A program made the translations under genes and the position numbers. A DNA stretch of 32,000 bases from Paramicrosporidium saccamoebae KSL3 (Eukaryota; Fungi; Cryptomycota): the NCBI GenBank assembly GCA_002794465.1, contig MTSL01000167.1, positions 2,368 through 34,367 on the forward strand, read 5' to 3'. This document shows positions 20,995 through 30,304 of this stretch, piece after piece (within the stretch, counting starts at the first letter, position 1; each line of letters opens with the position of its first letter). The notes under the pieces are model-generated. The model was not told the DNA's origin, did no database searches, and saw nothing but the letters and a program-made list of their open reading frames with translations.

Positions 20995-23235
20995 CTAATA
21001 TGAACATGCAATTACACATTTGGACACTAGCAATGGATCTCCGACAGTTTGTCTTTTGGGAAGGATAATTGCTGGGAACAAGTTTGACGGATGAATTAGT
21101 GTCGACATTGTTCCATGCTGCACATGCAACACGTACCAAATCTGATCCGCGTCAATCTCTGCCAAGCATTTGATCATTCGAACTACATCCGTAGGGTTGA
21201 TCCCAGAACCCGGAGCTAACAACATGTTGGCCGCCTCCCTAATGGTGAGAGGCGATATCCGTCCCAGTGACCGCAGTAGATCGACCACGACGAACACGCT
21301 GCTGACGCGTCCTGTGGTGGCAGATTCTCTGGAAAATACAGCACCAATGTTGGGCAGCAATTCCTTCTGTACACGATCTGCCATAAAGCTGCCCGCAATC
21401 GCCGCTTGGCTACCGATAATCTGGAGGGCATATCTTGCAACTATTAGAGAAGGATCAGTAAGACGTGCCACCAAAGGTCGCCATGTGGAATGGACTACAG
21501 GCAAAAAGACAGACGACCGTTCCTTGGTAAACACTCGACAAGCCCCGTGTAGCACCTCCAGAGCTTCAAGTCGGATCCTTTCCTCATCAGAGGTGACAAA
21601 ATGAATGGCCACCTTGAGGGCAGCGTCTGTAAGCTCCTCCTCAATAGTCATTGGAAGATTCAATGGTTCCTCCTCCTCAATCTTGGGATCCTTTGGAACC
21701 GGCGTTTCACTATTTCTGAATACAGAAAGAGTCGTCTTCAACGCACTTAACAGCGACAGGGAATATCCACTATATCTTTGGTATTGCCACGCCCGATCCT
21801 CTAATTCTCGAACAATGTCGAGTAGGACGGTGGCGTGGAGGGAATAGTCCACCGACCTGATCAGCTCTGCCAGTACCAGCGGAGTGTGAGGGAACAAGGT
21901 TGGGTATCGGAGATCTGCCGAAATATTATTTAACAACACTTCTCCTCGATCTTGGAGCAGTTCATGAAAAGAATCAAACCCAAACAGCACGGCTAGCTTG
22001 GTGCCAGTAACATTCGCTGCTTCCTGTACGGGCACGTTGAGCGCCGTCTTCAGTCTTAATAAGGGACGGATCAAGGATTCACAAGATTTGTCTCCCCAGA
22101 GTATGCAGTTTGCCGCACTACACCATGCCAAATGCCACAGGTTCTCTTCCTTAAGGACATTATCAGCATTCGTGTCCGCCACTTCTCTGTCAGAATACTC
22201 ATCAAACCATCCAATTAGTTTATCAACAGCATCAATCGATTCTTTGTTCGCCTTGCCAAAAACTAATAGTTCATGGGCCTCTGGCCGGCCTTCGAATTCG
22301 AAATTGATCATATTGACATCCCGAAATAGCTCTACTAATTTCATAGATGTCCTGTCAATGTCCGACTCCCAACCCCATTGATCTAGACTATTGAGATAGG
22401 TTGGCAGCTTTGCCTGTTGCGCAAGATGCATAATCACGGGCTTACAGGTCGCAACAGTGGCAGTGGGCCATAAATGTGGGGGAACAAATTCACACAGGCC
22501 ATGAATCTCTTCCAAATGGCGAACCGTAATGACCTTTGGATTTGCCTCAGCAACAAATTCCATTGTAGTATCTAAAACCGTTACGGCCAGCGGCAACGTC
22601 TTTGGTTTCCACGACTTTGCTACCATCTTGGGCTGGCCCATCAGGGCAAGCCCTCTAATTACAGGTAATAATACTGTTTCATCCTTCAAATGTTCAGCTA
22701 GCAAAAGCATCTCTATCAACATTTCAGTATACTTTACAGCGAGTGGTGTGCTCCGAATCGAATAGCAAAGGCCAGCTAGCCTAGTTAACAATATCGAGAG
22801 CTTCCCATCTCTCTCTGCCCTCCTATGTGCTCTTCTTAGCATGCTACTCATGCAGTCAACGGCCATTTTGACAACCTCAATGGGCTCCTTCTCCCAACTA
22901 CAAAGGAATTTTAACAGGGCCGTGCAAGTGCCTGGCATCACGAATTCCGGAAATTCGTCGTTTGGATGACGTCCTAGTAAGGAGCGGACACTTGCGGCAG
23001 CAATCTTGCGATACTCCAAAGCAAAGCTGCCATCGATCGTTTTCAGCAGCACATTCAAAACGTACCCGAGAGGTTGGTACATGTCAACATTTCCAAGCAG
23101 TTCAAGTGGCATGTTTTCTATGAGCATCTGCAGCTCCTTTAGTCGTGCCGTCTTTATGTTCATCGATACGGGCTCAGGAAGCTTGTCATCCAGCGAAGCC
23201 GCCAAGAGGCTCAATATTCGTCCAGCCGAGAGCAT
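20995..23235 (-). CDS. TTI1: TEL2-interacting protein 1 (TTT complex HEAT-repeat subunit)
   Basis: 746 aa intronless helical-repeat protein. EFVMPGTCTAL.K, LLNNISADLRYPTLFPHTPLVL, LPVVHSTWRPLVARL..ALQII..AGSFMADRVQKELLP resemble the conserved TTI1 blocks. Confidence 0.72.
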   Translation of the reverse strand: MLSAGRILSLLAASLDDKLPEPVSMNIKTARLKELQMLIENMPLELLGNVDMYQPLGYVLNVLLKTIDGSFALEYRKIAAASVRSLLGRHPNDEFPEFVMPGTCTALLKFLCSWEKEPIEVVKMAVDCMSSMLRRAHRRAERDGKLSILLTRLAGLCYSIRSTPLAVKYTEMLIEMLLLAEHLKDETVLLPVIRGLALMGQPKMVAKSWKPKTLPLAVTVLDTTMEFVAEANPKVITVRHLEEIHGLCEFVPPHLWPTATVATCKPVIMHLAQQAKLPTYLNSLDQWGWESDIDRTSMKLVELFRDVNMINFEFEGRPEAHELLVFGKANKESIDAVDKLIGWFDEYSDREVADTNADNVLKEENLWHLAWCSAANCILWGDKSCESLIRPLLRLKTALNVPVQEAANVTGTKLAVLFGFDSFHELLQDRGEVLLNNISADLRYPTLFPHTPLVLAELIRSVDYSLHATVLLDIVRELEDRAWQYQRYSGYSLSLLSALKTTLSVFRNSETPVPKDPKIEEEEPLNLPMTIEEELTDAALKVAIHFVTSDEERIRLEALEVLHGACRVFTKERSSVFLPVVHSTWRPLVARLTDPSLIVARYALQIIGSQAAIAGSFMADRVQKELLPNIGAVFSRESATTGRVSSVFVVVDLLRSLGRISPLTIREAANMLLAPGSGINPTDVVRMIKCLAEIDADQIWYVLHVQHGTMSTLIHPSNLFPAIILPKRQTVGDPLLVSKCVIACSY

Positions 23236-23339
23236 TTCGTTAATAAAATTATTTAATCTTTAACGTGTCGATTAGTGTGATTGGCTGTTTATTATGAAAA
23301 TCAATAAATAGGTGAGCTTTGGTCTTTTTGCCAACAAAA

Positions 23340-23864
23340 ATGCACGCGTGTCTCCTCGTTTTGGTAGTGCTCATTATTGCGGTAAATGGAGAATTGTTCA
23401 TGCGCTCACTTTTGCTGTTCGAAGCGGAGGAACTCCCTGATCCAATGCAACTCCTCCCCCGTCAAGACTCTTTGGAGCTCCTCGGTCCTGGGGCTTCTTT
23501 GGCAAGCTTGGCAATTGTTCCTCAGAGCACCAACCTCACCATCTCCTGCACAGACGCATTTCTAGCAATTGTTCGAAACGATTACCCATCGCAGATCTGC
23601 ACGCCGGGCGGAGAGATCCATCTTCGAAATGTAACCGTTACAGGCATCATGGAGGGGGATGTTCTCGTGGCGTCACTTATTGAAGATCTTGCCATCTCTG
23701 CAAGACTCCTCTATGATCTTGCAAAACTACCCGATGAGATGCGTGCGTCCAGAGGCATTACACCGAGAAAGAAGCGTCTCTTGGATGCCACAGCCACAGG
23801 AAAGATTTTACGCACGATAGTGGTACGGGTCGAAAGCGACACGAGCATGTATCAAGAACAGTAA
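23340..23864 (+). CDS. Hypothetical secreted protein with signal peptide, family not recognised
   Basis: 174 aa ORF from ATG 23340, divergent from TTI1; N-terminus MHACLLVLVVLIIAVNG; sequons NLT and NVT; RKKR near the C-terminus. Confidence 0.6.
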   Translation: MHACLLVLVVLIIAVNGELFMRSLLLFEAEELPDPMQLLPRQDSLELLGPGASLASLAIVPQSTNLTISCTDAFLAIVRNDYPSQICTPGGEIHLRNVTVTGIMEGDVLVASLIEDLAISARLLYDLAKLPDEMRASRGITPRKKRLLDATATGKILRTIVVRVESDTSMYQEQ

Positions 23865-23898
23865 CTGTGTAGTGGATGTAAGTAACCACTAAACTTAA

Positions 23899-24091
23899 TG
23901 ACTGCGAATAATAATGGTGGTGACTGTAAATAATACTAATGATGATGACTGTAAATAATACTAATGATAATGACAACTACACATATTGGATAATACCTGG
24001 ATACTACGATCCATAACAACGGCACATCTTCGTTGCTTATAGTGGCTCATATCATAACGGTACATCTTTATTGCTTATAGTGGCTCTTATG
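23899..24091. repeat. Intergenic short tandem duplications (25-nt x2-3 and about 38-nt x2)
   Basis: tgactgtaaataatactaatgatga at 23921 and 23946; cataac(aac)gg(c/t)acatctt..ttgcttatagtggctc at about 24012 and 24053, the second copy touching the RPS10 stop. Confidence 0.8.
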
Positions 24092-24473
24092 CGGTGGCCT
24101 CCTGCTTCCCACGCCATCCACCACGACGGTAGCCCTCCTCTCCGCGAGGACGACGCTCACCCTCCTCTTCACGGGGACGGCGTGCCGCCGCCTTGGCAAT
24201 AGTGGCGGGTACGACGCTCTCCGGCATGTGCAAGTATCCACGGAGATACATGATACCCTCGTCGTTAAGGTAGTAGTAGTGGTGCTGCCACGAGAACTCC
24301 TCAGTGACAAAGCCGCGCGACTTGAGGGACTTTAGGACACTCATGGCATGGAGGTTGGCAACGGGAATATCGGCGTGCTTGGGGAGACGGACGTCCTTCT
24401 TGACCACCATGACACCCTCGGTGAGGAGGTAAGTGTAGATGGTCTTAATGTCGCTCTTCGGTACGATCATCAT
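24087..24473 (-). CDS. RPS10: 40S ribosomal protein S10 (eS10)
   Basis: (M)MIVPKSDIKTIYTYLLTEGVMVVKKD..KH..VANLHAM..LKSLKSRGFVTEEFSWQHHYYYLNDEGIMYLRGYLHMP..VPAT; start at 24473 or 24470. Confidence 0.95.
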   Translation of the reverse strand: MMIVPKSDIKTIYTYLLTEGVMVVKKDVRLPKHADIPVANLHAMSVLKSLKSRGFVTEEFSWQHHYYYLNDEGIMYLRGYLHMPESVVPATIAKAAARRPREEEGERRPRGEEGYRRGGWRGKQEATA

Positions 24474-24800
24474 TTTGCTGGACTGTTGGAAGGATGGATG
24501 GTTTATCCACCGATGGTTCAAGTCCTAGACTTAGAGGCCGAGCAGGGGTAGGGATGACTGGGATGTCGAGGCGCCGGTGCGACGTTGTAGTGGTTTGTAA
24601 TAATACAGTGACGAAGTAGCTATCTAGTGGCTATCTAGTAGTTATATAATGATATAGTGATGCCGCACTGGTGCAATGATGGTGCAGTATTGGTATGATG
24701 CTGATCCAATAATAATGTAATGCTGGCCCAATTGCCAATAGGGTAATGATCACAAATCGCAACCCACGGGTCAAATAACCATACATCATACACCAATGGT

Positions 24801-25158
24801 CTATTGTCTGTCCTCTAAACGGGAACATATTTTAGAAATTCTTTGCAGGAGATCATCAACCGTCAATCGCGCGGTGCTATAGGTTACGGTCTGGTTGTCC
24901 CCTAGAATTGAGTGCATAATGTGATATACTGAAAGTAACAGCCGCACTGGGCTCTGAACCGTAAGCACTAATAGTTGTAGAAATATGCACACTGGGATTA
25001 TTGTCGGAGAACTTTGTGGTCTGGATTCGATTCAGAAGCATACTACAGTGTCACAAGTTGAGTGGAAAGATGTACCGGGCGGAGGAGCTGTCGGCAGAGA
25101 CAGACGGAAAGGCAAGCTTGATAGCCTTGATATTCCGCAAAACCAATTCGCGGCGCAT
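24801..25158 (-). CDS. Mitochondrial ribosomal protein mL53 (yeast Mrpl44 / human MRPL53 type)
   Basis: Not assembled by the ORF track. Exons 25076-25158, 24930-25042, 24801-24901 (introns 33 and 28 nt); 98 aa MRRELVLRNIKAIKLAFPSVSADSSARMLLNRIQTTKFSDNNPSVHISTTISAYGSEPSAAVTFRDNQTVTYSTARLTVDDLLQRISKICSRLEDRQ. The GSEP..V.F.D block and overall size match mL53 as I recall it. Confidence 0.72.
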
Positions 25159-25289
25159 CGGTTACGAGTAAATCAGTTTATTTGTCCAGTCAGAAGACCC
25201 CATTCTCGGAATCTGCCCTGCTATCGCTATCGTTATCGTTATTTACTAACTCTGACATGTAAAACTAAACTCTAAGGGCCTCTTTCCTA

Positions 25290-26917
25290 TCATAAAAGGC
25301 CCTTGAACACGACAATCTCGTCGTCGCTGACGTCAACAGGCGGACTTGTATGCTCTCCTGGATCTTGATGTTCTTTTCCTGGGCTTGCATGTTCTTTTCC
25401 TGAGCTTGCATGTTCTCCTACTGGACTTGCATGTCCTTCTACTGGGTTTGCATGCTCTCCTACTGGACTTGCATGCTCCCCTACTGGACTTGAATGCTTC
25501 TCTACTGGACTTGCGTGCTCCGCTAAATGTTGCTGTTCCTCTGCTGAAATTACGCGTTCTACTGGATTTTGATGCTCCTCCACTGGACTTGCATGATCTA
25601 TTAGGAGACTTGACTCGGCGAATTGACTAAATCCAAGTTCAGGGACCATGTTATCACGAGCGAGTAATTCAGAGAGAAATTCTGATCCTTCGGATGGCAA
25701 GGACTCTAGTATCGGCTCAAAAATGTCAAATCCCTGTAGTTGCTCCATCATTTCCATAGATTTGCTGCTTAGTATTAATTTTCTATGCTCCCCAAGCCAC
25801 CGAACAACTTGTTCGCACTGTGACGTATCTGTCAGCCTCCAAACAGCAACCATGGCTGCGATACAAAAGAGACGATCGTCGTTGGTCCCTTGATGAACGG
25901 ATGCTTTCGAATCTGTTTGTACAAAGACGTTCAGAAACCTTCCCAGACACTGCCTGAAAGAGCCGCCAAAGTCACCAGTGATCCTGGCGGCGGCTCCCAA
26001 AATCATCAAAATGGACGCAAACTCAAAAGAAGACATTTTCAGCACCCTCTTCCTCATCCATGTCTCAATCTCCAAAGTGTCAATTGTCAAAGTGTCTTTA
26101 GACAAGGCATCGTTGATAAACCGCATAAATGGCTTCCACACAGAGACCTCATTTACAGCCTCAGTATCTTTCAGAATCACCTTTTCCAAATAGGCCTTCA
26201 GGTTGGTCCTCGAAGCTGTAAACGGAAGCGCACAGCATTCGGCCCGCAAGTACCAAAGAACTGTCATCAACACATCCTGCAGCATACTGCAAATAACGGC
26301 AATTTGATTACAGGCGTGGCCATGATCGGGATTCATCTCCCGTGCCGCCACATAGATGCGCCAGGAGAGCTGATACGAATCTTCCTGAAAGTATTTGTTA
26401 AATTGGCTGCGATATCGGGCCAAATCCCCACAAAAGATAAGCAGCCGATAAATGACCGCATTGAGGCCAGGTGTAAAAGTGTCTGTTGGTCTGGCGGGTG
26501 GTAGACCGAGCAACTTGAAAATCTCATCGAGGATGGCCACGTTTCCAAGAGAGACTAGCTCATGGAGAAGCGTGGCAATAAAGGCAATGCCCGAATCGAT
26601 AATTCGATTGAGCTCACAAAATGCCCAGCGTCCCTGCGGAGACTTTGAGTCACGGACACGACGGCGGTAGTAGTCTACTGGCTGGTGGAAACAGTGCCTC
26701 CAGAGCATCGAATCGACATTTTCTGTATGCGAGTCACCTGGATATTCCAGAATGCACTCCCGATATCGCAGCTGAAGACTACAAGTTCAGAACGCATCCA
26801 CAAGTACTCATATCGTTGCCGCGTCACTTTGACATCCTCCATCCCATCGGTCCTAATGACATCCTCTAGCCTATCCTCCAATTCTTTTATTTGAGCCAAC
26901 TTTAGCCCAAATTCCAT
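25290..26917 (-). CDS. Est1/SMG7-like TPR protein (NMD / telomerase-associated family)
   Basis: Exon 26808-26917, 29-nt intron 26779-26807, exon 25290-26778; 532 aa. LQLRYRECILE..VDSMLWRHCFHQPVDYYR, LIFCGDLARYR, AREMNPDHGHACNQIAVI, WYLRA..PFTASRTNL, C-terminal SDDEIVVFKG. Confidence 0.82.
25350..25595 (-). repeat. 21-nt coding minisatellite (about 8 tandem plus 2 further copies) in the Est1/SMG7 C-terminus
   Basis: atgctctcctactggacttgc-type units encoding EHASPVG / EHASPGK heptads. Confidence 0.9.
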
Positions 26918-26934
26918 TACGACACAGCCCCGGA

Positions 26935-29007
26935 TCAGGAGTCTTTATTCTTAAGCAGCGAATCAAGTGGGACCAGTGCCCCCAATGCCCTTCGTTCCAA
27001 TTTCGTCAGGTATTGCTGGCCGACCAGATAACTTGCATTCATCCAGGCAAACCCCTCGCGCGGCACTTTTTTAAATTCAGTCCCAACATTCCCATACTCG
27101 GCATCCACTTTGTGTGACATCTGGACAACATTGAACTTTTCAGGAACCACGCCATTAAAGTCCACAAAGGCGCAGGTGATCATGTACAGCCAGCGATAAA
27201 CAAGTCGACGGGCATCGTCAGAGTATCCGTAGTTTACGAGACCCTCCCAAGCAAGTATCTGATGTGGCACCCATCCGGTTGGGTAGTCCCACTGTCTGTT
27301 AGGCCGGTCTAGAGATACAGCACCCAAAGACTCCTTAGTCCCACTAACAATTCCGCCCGACACTTCAAACCTGCAAAGGGCCTTGGTTACTAGCAAGTTG
27401 GCCTGGTGCGTAGACGCCATCTGCGACCATAGCGCCCAGAACATGGTTGCGGATTCATAGGTTGTCTGGCTTTGACTAACAATATTATAGTCAAAGTACA
27501 TTCCCTTTTCCTCGTTCCACAAATACTTATCAGCCAATTCCCTCCTGCAATCAGCCTTTGCAGCCCAATCGCAGCTTAGATGTTCCTTACCATCAACACG
27601 GAGACATCCTCCGCAAGACTGCTCAATGTAATTGGCAATGTCACGTTCATACTTGTACAGCAAGGAACATAGATCTATTGTCAGCAGGTTTGCGGCACAA
27701 TTATCCAGGCGATAGGTTGTATCGTGGCCAGACTCTCGTACTGACCGATCATGGCAAAAATATTCGTCCAACTCGGGTTCGTCGATAGTTTGCTCATTGT
27801 ACATTTTGATAAATGTGGAAATGTCACATCCATACTTCTCGGCAAAAGGCTTCAGGTGGCTATCAAAATGTGATGCTTCGGTTTCGGGGGGCACGCCTTG
27901 CCCTTTACTGTAATATCTGCTCAAGCCAATCTCCTCTACCAATCTTGGCGCCGACATCCAAACTTGTTCGTATTCTTTGATAGCGGCCGCCATTACTCCC
28001 CTCAGCCACTCATCAGCGTTGGCTGGCTCTTCTTTTTCGCCTTCCGCACATTTTGTACTCTTTAACTTTTGGTAGACCCTGAGACCCATATCTGTAAGAA
28101 ATGGTGGCTGTGATCTAAGCAGGTAGTAGCTTCGATTGGCATTTAAAATTTTGCCATAATGGTTAATCTGATAAACAAAATTATCCACCATTGATTTTGC
28201 AATATGCACAGCATTTGCGCTGGGGTCAACGAGTAAACCAAGTGCAGCAAAGTAAGAGTCCCATCCATACATTTCATTAAATCGTCCCCCAGGAACAATA
28301 AATGGTTTTCCGACAATATCAGAGTGGTCATTTCGCTCAAGGTCAAGGGATAGGATGCCGGGCCTATCGTTGATGCTGCATACGTATTCGGGGGTGATGA
28401 GGGCAGGCAATCTGATCACTTCCAAATCCAGATAAACTCTTGTTTTTGAAACCTGCTCAAAGTAGTCAAAAGCAAAGTCATCTCCGTTCGGCACGTAGAC
28501 TCTCGGCCGTTTATTTGCGCTGCGATTCTTAGGATCCATGCAAATAACCGTCAGCCCGTCAGCATCCACCCTCCTAACCAGCGCCGGCCAAAAGTACTGG
28601 CTAATCATACGATTTAGTCTGTCCACTGGATTTTCTTTTAGTTGACTTTCCGAAATGACCGCATGTGACCTCAACACCAGCGGCTCTGGACCTTCCGTTG
28701 GTAGACCCTCCAACAGCGCCAGTTCCTGTAATAGCGATGAAATCATGTAATTTCCCTTGACACTACGACGAGCATAAGAGGACTGGGTAGTAGGTAGGGT
28801 CATATGCTTGGGCCCAGTGTCGTGGATGGTGACGCGTTCATCGCCGTCAGTGTCCTCCTGACGCAGGAGACGAGCCTTGGTCCGATGCACATCTACAAGA
28901 AAGATATTGGGACGGGTATGGCCTTCGGAGATAGAGTTGCGGCGATGGGGAAGGGGACTAGAACTCCGACTGTCGTCGTCGTCCTCCAATATGTACCGCA
29001 ATGACAT
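26935..29007 (-). CDS. NTH1: Neutral trehalase (GH37 with Ca-binding N-terminal domain)
   Basis: 690 aa, no intron. LLRQEDTDGDERVTIHD, VKGNYMISSLLQEL, PFIVPGGRFNEMYGWDSYF, ILNANRSYYLLRSQPPF, VRESGHDTTYR, RQWDYPTGW, VPEKFNV, EYGNVG, EGFAWMNASY. Confidence 0.95.
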   Translation of the reverse strand: MSLRYILEDDDDSRSSSPLPHRRNSISEGHTRPNIFLVDVHRTKARLLRQEDTDGDERVTIHDTGPKHMTLPTTQSSYARRSVKGNYMISSLLQELALLEGLPTEGPEPLVLRSHAVISESQLKENPVDRLNRMISQYFWPALVRRVDADGLTVICMDPKNRSANKRPRVYVPNGDDFAFDYFEQVSKTRVYLDLEVIRLPALITPEYVCSINDRPGILSLDLERNDHSDIVGKPFIVPGGRFNEMYGWDSYFAALGLLVDPSANAVHIAKSMVDNFVYQINHYGKILNANRSYYLLRSQPPFLTDMGLRVYQKLKSTKCAEGEKEEPANADEWLRGVMAAAIKEYEQVWMSAPRLVEEIGLSRYYSKGQGVPPETEASHFDSHLKPFAEKYGCDISTFIKMYNEQTIDEPELDEYFCHDRSVRESGHDTTYRLDNCAANLLTIDLCSLLYKYERDIANYIEQSCGGCLRVDGKEHLSCDWAAKADCRRELADKYLWNEEKGMYFDYNIVSQSQTTYESATMFWALWSQMASTHQANLLVTKALCRFEVSGGIVSGTKESLGAVSLDRPNRQWDYPTGWVPHQILAWEGLVNYGYSDDARRLVYRWLYMITCAFVDFNGVVPEKFNVVQMSHKVDAEYGNVGTEFKKVPREGFAWMNASYLVGQQYLTKLERRALGALVPLDSLLKNKDS

Positions 29008-29120
29008 GTGTTAATAGCGGGATACAAATAATTACTTTATCCATGTGGGAAAATAATTTAGTATAAGCAAGTGTAACGGCTTGTTAGCCAGAATCCTGTG
29101 GGAACAGATGTTGCCAGCCA

Positions 29121-30304
29121 TTAACGGGTGAAACCCGTGGCAGGCTTCGGGATCGGCAATCTACGTTCTGGGTCATAATTACGCTCATCCTCGCTGTCGT
29201 CGTTGATGATAGTCTTTCGACTTGGTGTTCTACTAATCTTTTTTTGGAAAAACGACTCGACATCGTCTGTCCACTTGATTCGGTAGTTTGCAAAGTCGCT
29301 GGCTGTCTGTCCGTCAGTTTCAGTGCTATGTTGGGGTTCGTGGCTGTTGTTTTGCCAGCTGAACGGATTGTATCCCTACATGGTCAGATAAGACCTGCGC
29401 ACAGTACAGATCCATTGTAGAGACTCATAAAGGATGGGGGATTGGCAGATTGGCCCTACACATGAGGTACGCTTACAATGCCTTGCCTTTGGCTTGATAA
29501 ATTCGTCGTGTAAATTCCACCACATTTGGACATACTCCAAATGCACCTTGGTTCCGTCTCCACGTGCAGCAACCTGGCCATCAGAGAACCTGCTGAAATG
29601 CCATGGCTTTGTGGATCCAATAAAATGCACCGCCCGCACTTCATTCTTGTTACGTTCAAAGGCCGGCAGGTAGCTGTAGCAGGCATTAAAAGTCAAATTG
29701 TATGTAAAGGGGATCCGACGGGATGACGATCCGGTGGCCCAGTCCGAAAAGTAGCTGTTAAGTAAGCCTTGGTCCCCACCTACAAAAATAAGGATATTGC
29801 ACTGATTTTACCATCAAAACTTCCCTGTGTCTGAGCGAGCTTCCATAGGCCATTGAAGGTATCCAAATTGGGCTTGCATACAAATAGACCGGAATTGAAG
29901 CAGTCCGGCCATCCCACATCCGCGCACGCCGAAAACTCTTCCCTTTCAAACAAATCATCGATATTCTTCAAAACCATCATGTCGGCATCCAGAAACACCG
30001 CCTTCTTCAAGTCTGTCAATGTCCACAACTGAATCTTTGTGAACGTCTGTCCGAGCTCCGGCCGACCCAGCAGACGCAAACTATGCTCGTCCCCAGAGTC
30101 TAACGGAGCAACAAACCGCACGTCGTAGAGCTCCCGAAGGCTGGCTACACAGTCGGCAGCTAGATGAGAGGTTGCCAGACAAACTAACGGACGAGTGGTG
30201 CCAGAGCGGCGGAGAGATTGTGCGAGGACGAGGGCACCGACGACGTACGCATCACTGGTCACCAGCGTGACATATGCCTCACCTTCGGTTGTGGTGTTTG
30301 TCAT
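29121..30304 (-). CDS. Glycogenin (GT8, self-glucosylating glycogen primer)
   Basis: Exons 29812-30304, 29487-29779, 29408-29455, 29121-29375; 362 aa. AYVTLVTSDAYVVGALVLAQSLR, LGRPELGQTFTKIQLW, FLDAD, ADVGWPDCFNSG, SFDGGDQGLLN, YNL..YSYLPAF, VHFIGSTKPW. The C-terminal exon model needs a GC-AG intron. Confidence 0.9.

Noticed and set aside
24631-24828. Hydrophobic 65-aa ORF joinable to mL53 by a 26-nt GTTCCC..AATAG intron (24801-24826) that would delete the mL53 stop
   Set aside because: The intron is shorter than the 28-36 nt class, has a weak donor, and mL53 is already full length at 98 aa; probably chance.
24985-25275. 96-aa plus-strand ORF
   Set aside because: Antisense to mL53 exons plus an intergenic hexamer repeat (YRYRYRY).
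25346-25630. Leu-rich repetitive ORF (LLDLHAPLLDL..) resembling an LRR
   Set aside because: Antisense reading of the 21-nt Est1/SMG7 repeat.
25890-26504. 204-aa plus-strand ORF
   Set aside because: Antisense to the conserved Est1/SMG7 TPR region; no motifs.
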